From contig CM059432.1 in the NCBI GenBank assembly GCA_030390025.1, positions 62,436,001-62,500,000 on the forward strand: a DNA stretch of 64,000 nt, given 5' to 3'. This document shows, piece after piece, positions 12,124 to 25,094 of this stretch. The DNA is from Squalus acanthias (lineage: Eukaryota). The number at the start of each line of letters is the position of its first letter. Position 1 is the first letter of the stretch. A program made the position numbers and the translations under genes. The notes under the pieces are model-generated. The model saw only the letters and a list, made by a program, of their open reading frames with translations, was not told the origin of the DNA and searched no databases.

Positions 12124-15100
12124 AAACTATAGGCCACCAAATAGTGGGATGGAGATGGAGGGGCAAATTTGCAGGAAAATTGCAGAAAGATGCAAGAACT
12201 CTAGAGTAGTGATAATGGGAGACTGCAATTGTCCTAATATAGACTGGGATAATAACAGTGTAAAGGGAAAAGAGGGGGAGCTATTTCTGAAATGTGTACA
12301 AGAGAACTTTTAGATCAGTATGTTTCCAGCCTAACGAGGAAGGAAGCAGCACTGGATCTGGTTCTGGGAAATGAAGTGGGGCCAGTGGAGCATGTTTCAG
12401 TGGGGAAGCATTTGGGAAACACTGATCACAATATTAAGTTTAGAGCAGTTTTGGAAAAGGACAAGGAAAAATCAAATGTCAAAATATTCAACTGGAGGAG
12501 GACTAATTTCAATGAGTTGAAAAGGGATCTAGCCCAGGTGGATTGGAATCAAAGATTGACAGGTAAAACAGTAAATGAGCAATGGGAGGCCTTCAAAGAG
12601 GAGATAGTTCTGGTACAGACTAGACACATTCCCACAGGGGGAATGGAAGGACGTCCAAAGCTACAGCTCCCTGGATGACTAAACATACAAAGATTAAAAT
12701 GAAACAGAAAAATGAAGCTTATGATAAATGTCAGGTCCATAATTCAGTAGAGAACCAAACTGAATACAAAAAGTATATGGGAGAACTGAAAAAGGAAATA
12801 AGAGGGGCAAAGAGAGTATATGAGAATAGATAAGCAGGAAACATAAAAGGGAACCCAGAAGTCTTCTATAAATATATAAATAGTAAAAGGGTAGTCAAAG
12901 GAAGGGTGGGGCCGATTAAGGACCTACAAGGAGATCTTATTGTGGAGGCAGAGGGCATGGCTGAGGTACTAAATGAGCACTTTGCATCTGTCTTCACTAA
13001 AGAAGAGGAAACTGCCAATGTCACAATAAAGGAGGGGGTAGTAGAGAAGTTGGATAGGATAAAAATAGATAAAGAGATACTTAAAAGGTTGGCAGCGCTC
13101 AAAGTAGAAAAGTCACCTGGTCCGGATGGGATACATCCTAGGCTGCTGAGGGAATTAAGGGTGGAAATTGCGGAGGCTCTGGCCAGAACCTTCCAATGCT
13201 CCTTCGATATGGGAGTGGTGTCAGAGGACTGGAGGATTGCAAATTTTACACTCCTGTTCAAAAAAGGGGAGGGATAAACCTGGCAATTATAGGCCAGTCA
13301 GCCCAACATCGAGTGGGTAAACTTTTAGACACATTAATCCGGGACAAAATTACCTGACACTTGGAAAAATATGGGTTGATAAATGAAAGCAAGCATGGAT
13401 TTATTAAAGGCAAATTGTGTTTGACTAACTTGATCGAGTTCTTTGATGAAGTAACGAAGAGGGTAGATGAGGGTAGTGCAGTTGATGTTCTGTATATGGA
13501 CTTTCAAAAGGCATAATTTGCCACATAATAAACTTGTTAGCAAAACTGAAGCCCACGGGAGTAAAGGGGCAGTGGCTGCGTGGTAAAAATTGGCTAAGGG
13601 ACAGAAAGCAGAGAGTAGTGGTGAACGGTTCTTTTTCAGACTGGAGGGAAGTGTGCAATGATGTCCCCCCCGGGATCGGTGTTGGGACCACTGCTCTTTT
13701 TGATATATATTAATGACCTGAACTTAGGTATACAAGGCATAATTTCAAAGTCTGCAGATGACATGAAACTTGGAAATGTATTAGTGAGGAGGATAGTAAC
13801 AGACTTCAGGAGGACATAGACAGACTGGTGAAATGGGCAGGTGAAATTTAACGCAGAGAAGTGTGAAGTGATTAATTTTGGTAGGAAGAATGAGGAGAGG
13901 CAATATAAACTAAATGGTACAATGTTAAAGGGGGTGCAGGAACAGAGAGAGCTAGGGGTGTACGTGCACAAGTATTTGAAGGTGGCAGGACAAGTTGAGA
14001 AGGCTGTTAAAATGGCATACGGGATACTTGGCTTTATAAATAGAGGCATAGAGTACAAAAGCAAGGAAGTTGTGCTAAACCTTTATAAAACACTGGTTAG
14101 GCCCCAGCTGGAGTAGTGTCCCCAATTTTGGGCACCACACTTTAGAAATTAGGTCAAGGCCTTAGAAAGGGTGCAGAAGAGATTTACTAGAATGGTACCA
14201 AGACTTCAGTAATGTGGAGAGACTAGAGAAACTGGGGTTGTTCTCCTTAGAGCAGAGAAGGTTAAGAGGAAATTTGATAGAGATGTTCAAAATCATGAAG
14301 GGTTTTGATCGAGTAAATAAAGAGAAACTGTTTCCAGTGGCAGAAGGGTCAGTAACCAGAGGGCATAGATTTAAGGTGATTGGCAAAAGAACCAGAGATG
14401 ACAAGAAGAAAAACATTTTTACACAGCAAGTTGTTAGGATCTGGAATGCAGTGCCTGAAAGGGTGGTGGAAGCAGATTCAATAATAACATTCAAAAGGGA
14501 ATTGGATATGTACTTGAAAAGGAAAAAATTGCAGGGCTTTGAGGAAAGAGCAGGGGGGGACAGGACTAATTGGATAGCTCTTTCAAAGAGCCAGCACAGG
14601 CACAAAGGGCCGAATGGCCTCCTGCTGTGCTGTATCATTCTCATTCTATGATTCTATGGTGCATCGCTAACTTGAAGGTATAAATTCAGGATCACAATAA
14701 GAATGAAGGGAGAGGTTGGAACTTTTCTATGCAGAGGATTGTTAGGACATGAAATTCCCCATCAGAAACAGTGATGGAAGCAGAATCCATAATAGCTTTT
14801 AATGGGGAAGTAAATAAATATATATATTTTTTAAGAAGGGTATGGATAAAGGGCAGGGGAATGGGACTAAGTAGATAGCTCTTTCAGAGAGCTATCACAG
14901 GCACAATGGACAAAATATCCTCTTACTGCAGTGTACAATTCTAAGATTCTACCAAATGTCTACCAATCATGTCCTGGACCTTCAAATCACTGAGAAATCA
15001 CAGAAAGAAAACCACATCTTTCCACACCATACCATAGGGACTAACGGCGTTCATTAAAAAAGGCACAAAGTAATGCTAATGTAACTACAAGTATTGCATC

Positions 15101-15248
15101 AATCATTTCCAAGGATGATACATCCCAGTCTATTATTGCACTATTAACACAACAGTTACTAATATTAGCACCAGACAGGGAAACACATTTAGAAACTGCC
15201 TTCATTTCATGAAGACCTTTACTTTTAAATTTAAGAATGCCATCCTAC

Positions 15249-15417
15249 CTTCTCTGGTTTTTCACTGAAAAGGAAGCCTTGATAAAATTTAGCCTCTGTG
15301 AAAATACAACAGAGGACTGCAATAATGCAGTTATAAGCAGCACAATGGTATTGTCTCCTCTTCTCCAGGAGCTGAGTTTCACCAGCCATGTTTTCAGTAA
15401 CTGCATCATGGCAGGAT
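15249..15417 (-). CDS. PRKDC: DNA-PKcs exon 20/23 (169 bp)
   Basis: [30 protein letters not shown]...[14 protein letters not shown]; aag/gtagg. Confidence 0.95.
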
Positions 15418-15589
15418 CTTGACAGGACAGAAAGAAAACACAAACACGTTTCTGTTATTTGTATGTGAAGTGCACAAGTGTTTCCATAGAAATAGTCAAT
15501 GTTACACCATTTAAAACCAGGATTGTTTTTTGTGTAAGTTTCATGACCAGCTGATCAATTTCATATGAATATCACTATAAATATTACAT

Positions 15590-16095
15590 AGTGCTTTATC
15601 ACACTGAAATGTCTCAGTGATTCACACAATATATTGCTTTCTTTATGCAAGTGCAACAACTGTAGTTACTTGGGCAAATACAGCAGCCATTCACAGTCAG
15701 CAACATCCCACTAGCAGCAATGATATGAATGGTCAGCTATTCAGCTTTTTTTGGTGGTATTGTTTAAGAACATAAGAAATAGGAGGAGTAGGCCATACAG
15801 CCACTTGATTCTGCTCTGCCATTCAATAAGATCATGGCTGATCTTCTACACATTCCTGCTCAGTCCACAAGAACATAAGAAATGATGTTTGAGGGAGGAA
15901 CGCTAGCCAGGGCACTGGGAGAACTCCCTACTCTTCTTCAAACTGTGCTGTGGATTCTTTAACATGTACCTGAACCGGCAAGACAAGACTGAATTTTAAT
16001 GTCTCATTCAAAATTACAGCGCCTCTCTGACAGTACAGAATGCCCTCAGTACTGGACTGAAGTATCAGCCTAGAATATGAACTCAAACCCAAATT
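15590..16095 (-). mobile_element. Deu-domain SINE-like relic (AmnSINE/SacSINE-like) with small CR1 tail inserted at ~15768-15880
   Basis: Recalled resemblance of the minus strand (gtactgagggcattctgtactgtcagagagg...tgaatgagacattaaa) to the Deu core; not verified by search. Confidence 0.5.
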
Positions 16096-17283
16096 ACATT
16101 TAGAGACCAGGTCAACCCCACAGGATAACAATAAACCAGCTACCTACTGGATATCTGAAACACATACCCACCCAGGGTTTTTCACATTCAAAATATTCCT
16201 TCACATAGGCAGGTTTCAGTTCTCACAATGTGAAGTAGATCTAATCCAAAAATATTTGGATGAAAATCAACAAGCATTAATCTATCCTGAATCGTGTTCT
16301 TCCAGAATTTTCTGTTTTGATTTCAGATTTTCAGCACTCTTGGGTTTCTCTATTTATTTCTACTAAAGCCAAAGTGTTAGTTATCTTGAGCTATTACATC
16401 AATACACCAATTTGTGAAAGTGTGTAAATTACTTCATGCAGCTGCCTTGCACAAAACGAAGATAAAACCTTAAAGGTTGGCATAGAAAATGACCATAGCA
16501 CATGTAGAATGAGCCATTTGACTCTCGGCCAGCTAATGAACAACAAAGAGCTTATTCTACGAATGGTGGTTATTGCAATCATTAAGGAAAATGTGCCTGC
16601 AGCCTGAGGAATGAGGGGAGACAAAATAAAAGAGAAATAAACAAAGTAAAAGGTAAACAAGTATTTCACAGAGCAGACAATGATGCCGACCATTATGCTT
16701 TCTCAATCAATCCCATCTAACAGTGGCCCATGATAGCCTCCTCTTGAGAAGGAATAAAGCAATGAAAAAGTTGAAGTGTAAATTCATCAGGATGTTATCA
16801 GGGATGAGGGGTTAGATATGAAGAGAGACTTGAGAAGTTGGGGCTTTTTCACTCGAGCTGAGAAGGCTAAGGCGTGACCTTTCTTTACACTGACAGTGAT
16901 GAGAATGAAGAATTTTCTGTCAAAAACCATAGTTAAAGCAGAGTTCAATTAAAATAAAATGAGCTAGAAAGAGTTGCATTGAAGTATGGGGAGGGAGGAG
17001 AATGTGATTAGACTAAGTGGCTCACATAAAACAGCAGCACAGATTTGATGGACCGAATGGACTACTTCTGTGCTGTAACATTCTGTGATTCCATAAGATA
17101 AGAAGCTATTGGGTTTGAATGTGGATAATGAACAAATGAGGAGGATCAATAAATACTTACATACACTTCTGTGTATAAGCAACTGCAACCACAACAAACA
17201 TCTTCAAACTATGCATATGGACAAAGGAAAATTTAAGAGCTTTTGTACACTTATTTTCTGCTTTAGGGATCACAAAGCCTTAC

Positions 17284-17461
17284 TTCAGTAAAATCTTTGA
17301 AAGTTTGTTGCCCTCTATGTTACCCGAGCAATGGAAAGCCTGGATTATCTTTGACTCTTCTGAGTGACATCATTCTTTGGCAGGCGTGCGTACATGACTT
17401 CAAACAGCTTGTAACAACCAACTTTCTTTGTCAACTGGTTGTCAAAGGAGGACTCGCTTGT
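17284..17461 (-). CDS. PRKDC: DNA-PKcs exon 19/23 (178 bp; 1-nt deletion/frameshift as given)
   Basis: [32 protein letters not shown], then homology continues in another frame ([28 protein letters not shown]); cag/gtaag; flanking phases require 179 bp. Confidence 0.9.
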
Positions 17462-17716
17462 CTGCAATAAACAAACATTTTTAATGATTTATCTAAAATA
17501 ATCTGCAAAACTACAATTCTATTGTGTCTGTTTTAAAAAAAAAGACAGTGGCCCTTAAGTTTGAAGTTATTCGAGAAAATAACGATGCAGTTTAGCAAAT
17601 GACTACACCAAAGGCAAAAATGATCACAGTTTACAGAAAAATTAAACTACACTTGATAAGTTCATATTACAATTAAATAAAAGCTGTAATACGAATGTAA
17701 ACTATTCACTGATTAC

Positions 17717-17924
17717 CTTTATGAATCTAGATTGTACAATTTCCATGGCATCCTTTACAATTTTGCAGAAAAACTCCCTTAAAGCATCTACACTGCAGTG
17801 GGCAATAAGGGTGAGAAGAGAACGGTCCATAACAAACTGCCGAGTAGTATTAGGAAGCATTTCTTCATTTCCGAACATCTCATATGCAGCTTCCAGCAGG
17901 GCCACCTGCTTTTCACAGGTACAC
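17717..17924 (-). CDS. PRKDC: DNA-PKcs exon 18/23 (208 bp)
   Basis: CTCEKQVALLE...DRSLLTLIAHCSVDALREFF...SRFIK; tag/gtaat. Confidence 0.95.
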
Positions 17925-19096
17925 CTAATACAGATGAACAAAAGATCTAATTTTTCAGTGAAAATCATAACTCTAGATATGTTCTTCGTTAAACCATGCA
18001 ACAATTAAAAAAAATCCAAATTGTTCAGTAAAATGCCACACCATAATGCAATCTCAAAACTACCGGAAAATCGACAACCAGTTTTACTAATATTTTCAAT
18101 AGTCCCCACGTGGGGAGTTCAGAATCTCAACTCTGCAATCCGTGAGTCACTGAGTGGAGGCTAGGGACAAAGATGGCAGGAAAGCCAGAAGTGGAAACCA
18201 CCCTGGGTTGTGCACATGCTGCAACAAGTTGTTGTTTTTGTTGTACTGTAGTTACAAAGCAAGTTTTGATAGAGGCCTGGAAGGAGGATACCTGTCTGAC
18301 CTCTTGGCCAAGGCACAATGTATGATGTAGAGAGATATTGATTCTATGTTGGAGCTCCGTGTGTTACCGTAGAGTAATAGAAGTTCACACCTATGATTCC
18401 CAATATTGCTGGTATCTCAGCTGGGTCACTGAATCTAAGTATGGGGCAGAACCCAGGGGTATCATCAGGCGTTACCTTGAATCACTGTCATGTCTCTGTA
18501 CCAATTTGTACTTATCTGAAGTCAGGTCCAGGAGGGACCAAAGAGATGATTCTGGATAGGGACTGGACCTATAAACAATAGGTCATGGCACACTTTATGA
18601 ATGACCAGCCTTCTCAAATGTCATTCACACCTTCTCCCCAACTCCGAAATATGCTACATATACCTAAACAAAAATGTTCCATCAGGTCATATCTAATCTT
18701 TTTCGATATTATTTTACTTTAAAAACTTTGGTTGCAGCTGTCAGATAATGACCCACCAGTACATGCATGTAAAAAAAGTGGACTTTTGTTGTCCAGATTC
18801 CAAATATCAATATTATTGCCCAACCAATCAAGAGTTGGTCATCACCCTAGCCATCCGATCAGCCAGTTGAAAGCAGCACAGGTATGGCCCTGGGAACTGA
18901 TCGCCCGTCCACCCTTTTGGCTATAGATGATGTGTGGCATGAGAAGACCTGGACTGGGAGATAACTGACAAAAAGAGATGCTCGTATGGTTAAAAAATAT
19001 CCCACCCAAAGTGGTTATTTTCTATCAAACAAGTCAGCCAACAAAAAGCTTACTTATCGCACTAAAGCTCAAGGCAAAGCACAAATATTGATAAGA

Positions 19097-21170
19097 AGAA
19101 CATAAGAAATAAGAACAGGAGAAGGCCATTTGGCCCCTCGAGCCTGCTCCGCCATTCAATAAGATCATGGCTGATCTTCTACCTCAACTCCACTTTCCTG
19201 CACCATCCTCATATCCCTTGATTCCTTTAATATCCAGAAATCTATCGATCTCTGTCTTGAATATACTGAACGACTGAGCCTCCACAGTCCTCTGGGTAGA
19301 GAATTCCAAAGATTCACCACCCTCTGAGTGAAGAAATTTCTCCTCATCTCAGTCCTAAATGGCCGACCCCTTATTCTAAGACTGTAACCCCTTGTTCTAG
19401 ACTCCCCAGCCAGGGGAAACATCCTCCCTGCAGCTACCCTGTCAAGTCCTGTAAGAATTTTGTATGTTTCAATGAGATCACCTCTCATTCTTCTAAACTC
19501 TAGAGAATATAGGCCTAGTCTACTCAATCTCTCCTCACAGGATAATCCCCCCATCCCAGGAATCAGCCTGGTGAACCTTCAGTGCACTCCCTCTATGGCA
19601 AGTATATCCTTCCTTAGGTAAGGAGACCAAAACTGTACACAATATTCCAGGTGTGGTCTCACTAGGGCCCTATATAATTGCAGTAAGACATCTTTACACT
19701 TATACTCAAAGCCTCTTATAATAAAGGCCAACATACCATTTGCTTTCTTAATTGCTTGCTGTACCTGCATGTTAACTTTCAGATTCATATACAAGCACCC
19801 CCAGGTCTTTCTGAATACCAACATTTCCTAATCTCTCACCATTTAAAAAATACTGGCCCAAAAATTCGGCATTTCTCGGGTGAGTACTCAGTGCGTACTC
19901 ACCCGCATTCATTCCCGAAGTGCCGGTTTCCTGCATGCGCGGGAAACCGGCACTTCCGGTATGGTGAAGGGGGCGGTTCCTAGGTGAACCGCGTGCGCGC
20001 TAGAGGCTGCGCGCACGCAGCACACTTAGATTTTTTTTCAGGTTTCAACGCGAGGGTAAGTATGGAAGATTCTACGCTAGTAAAAAGGAGGCATAAGACC
20101 CCTTTTGAACAAGGTAAGTAGTTAATTAAGTATAATTTTAAATTTTTTTCAACAGGTTTATCTTTTTTTAGATACTTTAAAGAAAGGTAAGTTTATTTTT
20201 ATAACTTTTAAAAAGTATTTTAATTTTTTCAAAAATTTAAATTTTTGTTTAAAGTGGTTAATTTATTTAACTATAGTTATTTTATAAATGTGATGGTTTT
20301 TTTTTTTAAATTTAGCTGTTCTTTTGGGGCCGATTTCAATTCACAGATTTGACAGGTCTCCTGTCAAATCTATGAATGAAAGATGGTCTGCTGCCATTGG
20401 CTCTCCATGGCCCACGTGATCCCAGGGGTCGCATCGCACTAACTGCGCCCCTGGAACACGCAAGCACTGCGCGCCGGCACTAGGGAGAGGCCCAGGACCC
20501 GAAACACAACAGCAGGCGCGATCCTTACCCCCGCGGCAAGCCGGTCACGCGAATTTCTAGGCCATTCTGCTTTTCTATTTTTCCTACCAAAGTGAATAAC
20601 TTCACATTTCTCCACATTATATTCCATTTGCCATGTTCTTGCCCACTCACTTAGCCTGTCTATATCCCCTTGAAGCCTCTTTGGATCCTCCTCACAATTT
20701 ACATTCCCACTTAGCTTTGTATCATCAGCAAACTTAGATATATTTCATTTGGTCCCCTCATCCAAATCATTGATGTAGATTGTGAATAGCTGAGGCCCAA
20801 GCACTCATCCTTGCGGTACCCCACTAGTTACAGCCTGCCAACCTGAAAATGACCCGTTGACTCCTACTCTCTGTTTTCTGTCCGTTAACCAATCCTCAAT
20901 CCATGCTAGTACATTATCCCCCAATCCCATGAGCCCTAGTTTTGTTTAATAACCTCTTGTGTGGCACCTTATCGAATGCCTTCTGAAAATCCAAATGCAC
21001 CACATCCACTGGTTCCCCCTTATCCATCCTACTAGTTACAACTTCAAAAAACTAACAGATTCATCAACACATGATTTCCCTTTCATAAATCCGTGTTGAC
21101 TCTGCCCAATCCTATTAATATTTTCTAAGTGCCCTGTTACCACGCCCTTAATAATAAGATTCTAGCATTA
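19097..21170 (-). mobile_element. CR1 LINE RT + 3' UTR, split by a MITE
   Basis: ORFs 19165-19824 and 20439-20627; host sequence resumes at 20564. Confidence 0.9.
19855..20563. mobile_element. PIF/Harbinger-like MITE
   Basis: TIR ggcccaaaaattcg / cgaatttctaggcc, 3-bp TSD act/att, clean insertion in CR1. Confidence 0.75.
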
Positions 21171-21384
21171 GATATTTACAGTCATGTGCTAATCTTAAGG
21201 TGACTCTAGTATAACATATTTGATATTAAGTTCAAACATTAGAGCTGTAATCATAAACTATTAGCATATAGATATCAGAATTTTTTGTATTAGTTTGAAG
21301 TAGCAATGAGGCTAAAAACACAACATTTACATTTTTACAGCCCACTATTTTTCAGTTTTCCATATCGTATACAACATGTAATAC

Positions 21385-21512
21385 CTTTTTACTATATTTT
21401 GGAAACAGATCTGAAATGCTTCTTCCATGACATGTTTGCTGTCACGACACAGAACCGTAGTCAGAAGTTTTAACAACAGTGGACTCTGAGATAGCTCCAA
21501 AGCATCCAGTAA
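21385..21512 (-). CDS. PRKDC: DNA-PKcs exon 17/23 (128 bp)
   Basis: LLDALELSQSPLLLKLLTTVLCRDSKHVMEEAFQICFQNIVKR; cag/gtatt. Confidence 0.95.
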
Positions 21513-21859
21513 CTGAAAAACACATTGAATCACACCAATTGTAGCAAATCAATAAACTTATTAATCATCAAATATAACTTGTGACATGAAGAATACAACG
21601 TGGCTAATAAGACTAGTGAATGATGATAAAATAAGACTCATCAGTACGAAGCAGCACTCAGCTTGTGTTGAGAAGTTCCTCAACACATTAAAAGCCCAAA
21701 TAATGAGATCACTCTTTGTTCAATTTTCCAAATTAATTAAATTGAGGTTCTGAAACAAGGCATCCTGTTTCAAAAACACTATTTGGAAACTTACTTTATG
21801 TTTCCTTGGTCATACAGTAGTATTAGTATGAATAGTAGTGCTAGTAATAAAACAAAACA

Positions 21860-22900
21860 TTTCATTTATATAGCACCTTTAACATAGAAAAACATTCCAA
21901 GGTACATTCCAGATGTGTAAACAAAACAAGACTTTGGGCCAAAGGAGGAGGGATTATGAAGGATGATCAAATGTATTCATGATGAAGGATGGGAGGCCGG
22001 CAGGTAGAGCTTTGGAGTAATTGAGTCTGGAGGTGACAAAGACATGGATGAGAGTTTCAGTGGCAGATGGGCTGAGGTAGTGATGAAGATGCGCAATATT
22101 ATGAAGGTGGAAGTAGGCAGTCTTTGAGATGGAGAGGATATGAGGTCGGAAGCTCAGCTCAGAGTCAAACAGGACACCAAAGTTGCGAACAGTTTGGTTC
22201 AGTCTGAGACAGTGGCCTGGGAGGATAATGCAATCAGTAACAAGGGTATGGAGTTTGAGGTGGGACCGGTTGATGGCTTCGGTCTTCCCAATGTTACCTG
22301 GAGGAAGTTACGGTTCATGTTGGACAAGCAGCCTGACAGCACAGAGGCGGTGGAGGGGATGAGAGAAGTGGTGGAGAGGTACAGCTGGGTGTCATCAGCA
22401 TAACGTGTGTAACCAGACCTCATGTCTGTGAATGATACCACCAAGGGGCAGAATGCAGATGAGCAAGAGGATCCTTGGTGGACTCTGGAGGAGACGGTGT
22501 GGGAATGGGGAGAGAAGCCATTGCTAGAGATGTTCTAGCTGTGATGTGATAGGCAAGAATGGGTCCAGGCAAGGAAAGTCCCATGGAGCTGGAGAACAGA
22601 GGAGACACCTTGGAGGAGGATAGTGTGATTGACTGTCAAAGGTTGCAAATGCTATTTGTGACTTTGGTTGGGACCTTTTCAGTTCTGTGGAAAAAACAGA
22701 AACCTGATTTGAGGGATTCAAACAAGGAGTTGTTGGGTAGATGGGCACGGATCTTGGAGAGGAAAGGGAGGTTGGCAATAGGACAGCAGTTAGCAAGGAC
22801 AGAGGGATTGAGGGTGGGTTTTGAGGAGGGGGGTGAAAAAAATTAGTTTTAAAAGTTTTAAGCAGTTCATGAGGAGAGAAAACCATTTACATTTAATTGG
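21860..22900 (-). mobile_element. L2-clade LINE relic
   Basis: YADDTQLY motif in ORF 22199-22444; tail reads gctatataaatg on minus strand. Confidence 0.75.
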
Positions 22901-23566
22901 CTAAAATGGGGACCAGGAAGAGAAGTTGGGAAAATGTATTTGAACCCTGTGGTTTAACTCATTTTGAAAACAGATAATGCGATCAACTCATTATTTTCTT
23001 ATTGTACTAGCTCCCTGACTTAATTTCCAACTCAATAATGTCTTCAGCCTCCCAAGCTCCTTTGTGTCTTTCACCGATTCCACTGACTTAAGCACCAAAT
23101 AATTCTTGATAATACAATACGATTCTCTCCTGCTCGTGTAGTATAAGATTCAGGAACACTATCTGGAGATGCAGCTATTCTACAAACTCCTTTTATTGCA
23201 AGAGCAGATGGGAACAATATTATATTACCAATGCACCTACGGGAGGATAAGGGGGAAAAGTAGTCTTTTTTTGGGGCAAAAACCTCAGGCAATGTGAAAC
23301 AAATGCAAATTATTGCAGAAAGCAGGCCAAATAAAAGACACATACCATACTTCAGCTGGAATTATTCCTGCACTGAATTACTCTCTCACCAAATAAATGA
23401 ATCTAACAGGATTTTCAATTTCCCAAACAACTGAAATTCACCTTTCCAATTCTGTACTGGTAGAGAGGTATGTTCATTCAATTCCTCAGAAGACATAAAA
23501 CTTATTAGCCCCATCCTCGAGTCCAAAATAAACATATCATCTATCCTCTCAACAAATTGCACTTAC

Positions 23567-23734
23567 TTTTTTGACACAGTCAATGTAGTTGTTGTACCTC
23601 AACGTACCCTTAGGAAATTCATCCGATTTCATAGGGAAATGGGTGGCTACAAACTCGTCGAGGGCATTTCTAAGCACTGTAAGATTTTCTTCTGGAAGGT
23701 GAGTAAAAAATGGCAGTATAATCACTGCCTGGGT
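23567..23734 (-). CDS. PRKDC: DNA-PKcs exon 16/23 (168 bp)
   Basis: TQAVIILPFFT...HFPMKSDEFPKGTLRYNNYIDCVKK; cag/gtaag. Confidence 0.95.
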
Positions 23735-23825
23735 CTGCAAAAGAAAAAGTTTCAGAAACTTTTTAACTTGAATTCCATTCAATGGACAAAACTTTCAACT
23801 TCGGCAGGAGCATAAAATGGGCACA

Positions 23826-24125
23826 GAGCTTTGAAAGAGCTGTCCAATTAGTCACACTCCCCCCACTCTTTTCCCATAGCCCTGCAAATTTTTCCTTTCA
23901 AGTATTTATCTCATTCCCTTTCGAAAGTTACTATTGAATCTGCTTCCACCACCTTTTCAGGCAGTGCATTCTAGATCATAACAACTCGCTGCGTCATTTT
24001 TTTTTAATCCTTAGCTCCCCTCTGGCTCTTTTGCCAATTATCCTACATCAGTGTCCTCTGATATTGACCCTCCTACCAGTAAAAACTGTTTCTCCTGATC
24101 AACTCTATCAAACTCCTTCACAATT
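23826..24125 (-). mobile_element. CR1 3' fragment
   Basis: Similar to reverse complement of 14300-14590. Confidence 0.7.
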
Positions 24126-24763
24126 TGTCCTATCGATCATATCTAAAAAAACTCATATGGTGGTAGTTTTAGCTCTCAAAATTACCCAAGTTTAGGCAGG
24201 TCTACCACACTATAGCCCACTAACTGGATTTGTGATTCTAGTTCCTCCATTTTATTTGTAATACCCTTAGCATTGGTATAAAGATACTTATTTGGTTTAC
24301 TGTTTTCCTCCTGGCACTTTCCCCACTATTGATGTTCGTCTCTCTTCATTTAGCAGCTTGCTTAACACCAGTTGAACTTTCTACTATCACAATTCTAGCT
24401 GTTTTAAAGTCTTGATTTTCCTTGCCCTTCTGCTGTAGGAAGCTAACAAGCAGTGAACCTCCATCTCTCCATGGGAGAAGAGAATTGTGGAGAAAAAAAA
24501 TCAGAGGGGGAACCATCACGGAGTCATTGTTGTGTGCACCTCCTATTAGCTAGCTGAAAAGAAGCAGAGGTAGACAGATGCCAGTTAACAAGAACATGCA
24601 CCTAAGCACCTTTTGGCTGCGGCTGGTGTGTGACATTTTGAGATCTGGACTGCAAAAGAAAAAAAAAAAGAGGGATTTGATACCCTCAAAATAGTTAAAT
24701 AAAACATCAAAATCCAGTGATATCACACATTTACTTAGCTTTTCTCCCAAAAAACTGAAATAC

Positions 24764-24868
24764 CTTCAAGTTTAAAGCTAATGTTGAGTCCGTCAATATC
24801 GTGGTATATGTATGGAATACCATTGAAAATGCCTCATGACTATTGCCGAAAGAGACCGAAGAATCAAT
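24764..24868 (-). CDS. PRKDC: DNA-PKcs exon 15/23 (105 bp)
   Basis: Hand translation IDSSVSFGNSHEAFSMVFHTYTTILTDSTLALNLK; cag/gtatt. Confidence 0.92.
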
Positions 24869-25094
24869 CTGAAAAAAATCACATGCAAATTAGCAAAACC
24901 ATGCGCACATACTATAGATCTGTCCCATAACCTGATTGGAAGATTCTTTTTCCAAGGAACCCTATTATCTAGTCAACAGAAAACAAGTTAACAGAAAAGT
25001 ATTGATGCATTATTTGAAGAAATATTTAATTTATTTGTTTGAGTGAGGATCAGTAGTGAAGCAATTTCAATTAGAAAAACCCAATCTGGATCCA

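Larger units (their letters stand above)
10400..14660 (+). mobile_element. Degenerate CR1 ORF2 + 3' UTR, interrupted at 10481-12123
   Basis: ELRNNRGA before 10480 resumes as YRPPNS at ~12128; RT fragments 12906-14651; attctatg tail. Confidence 0.85.
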
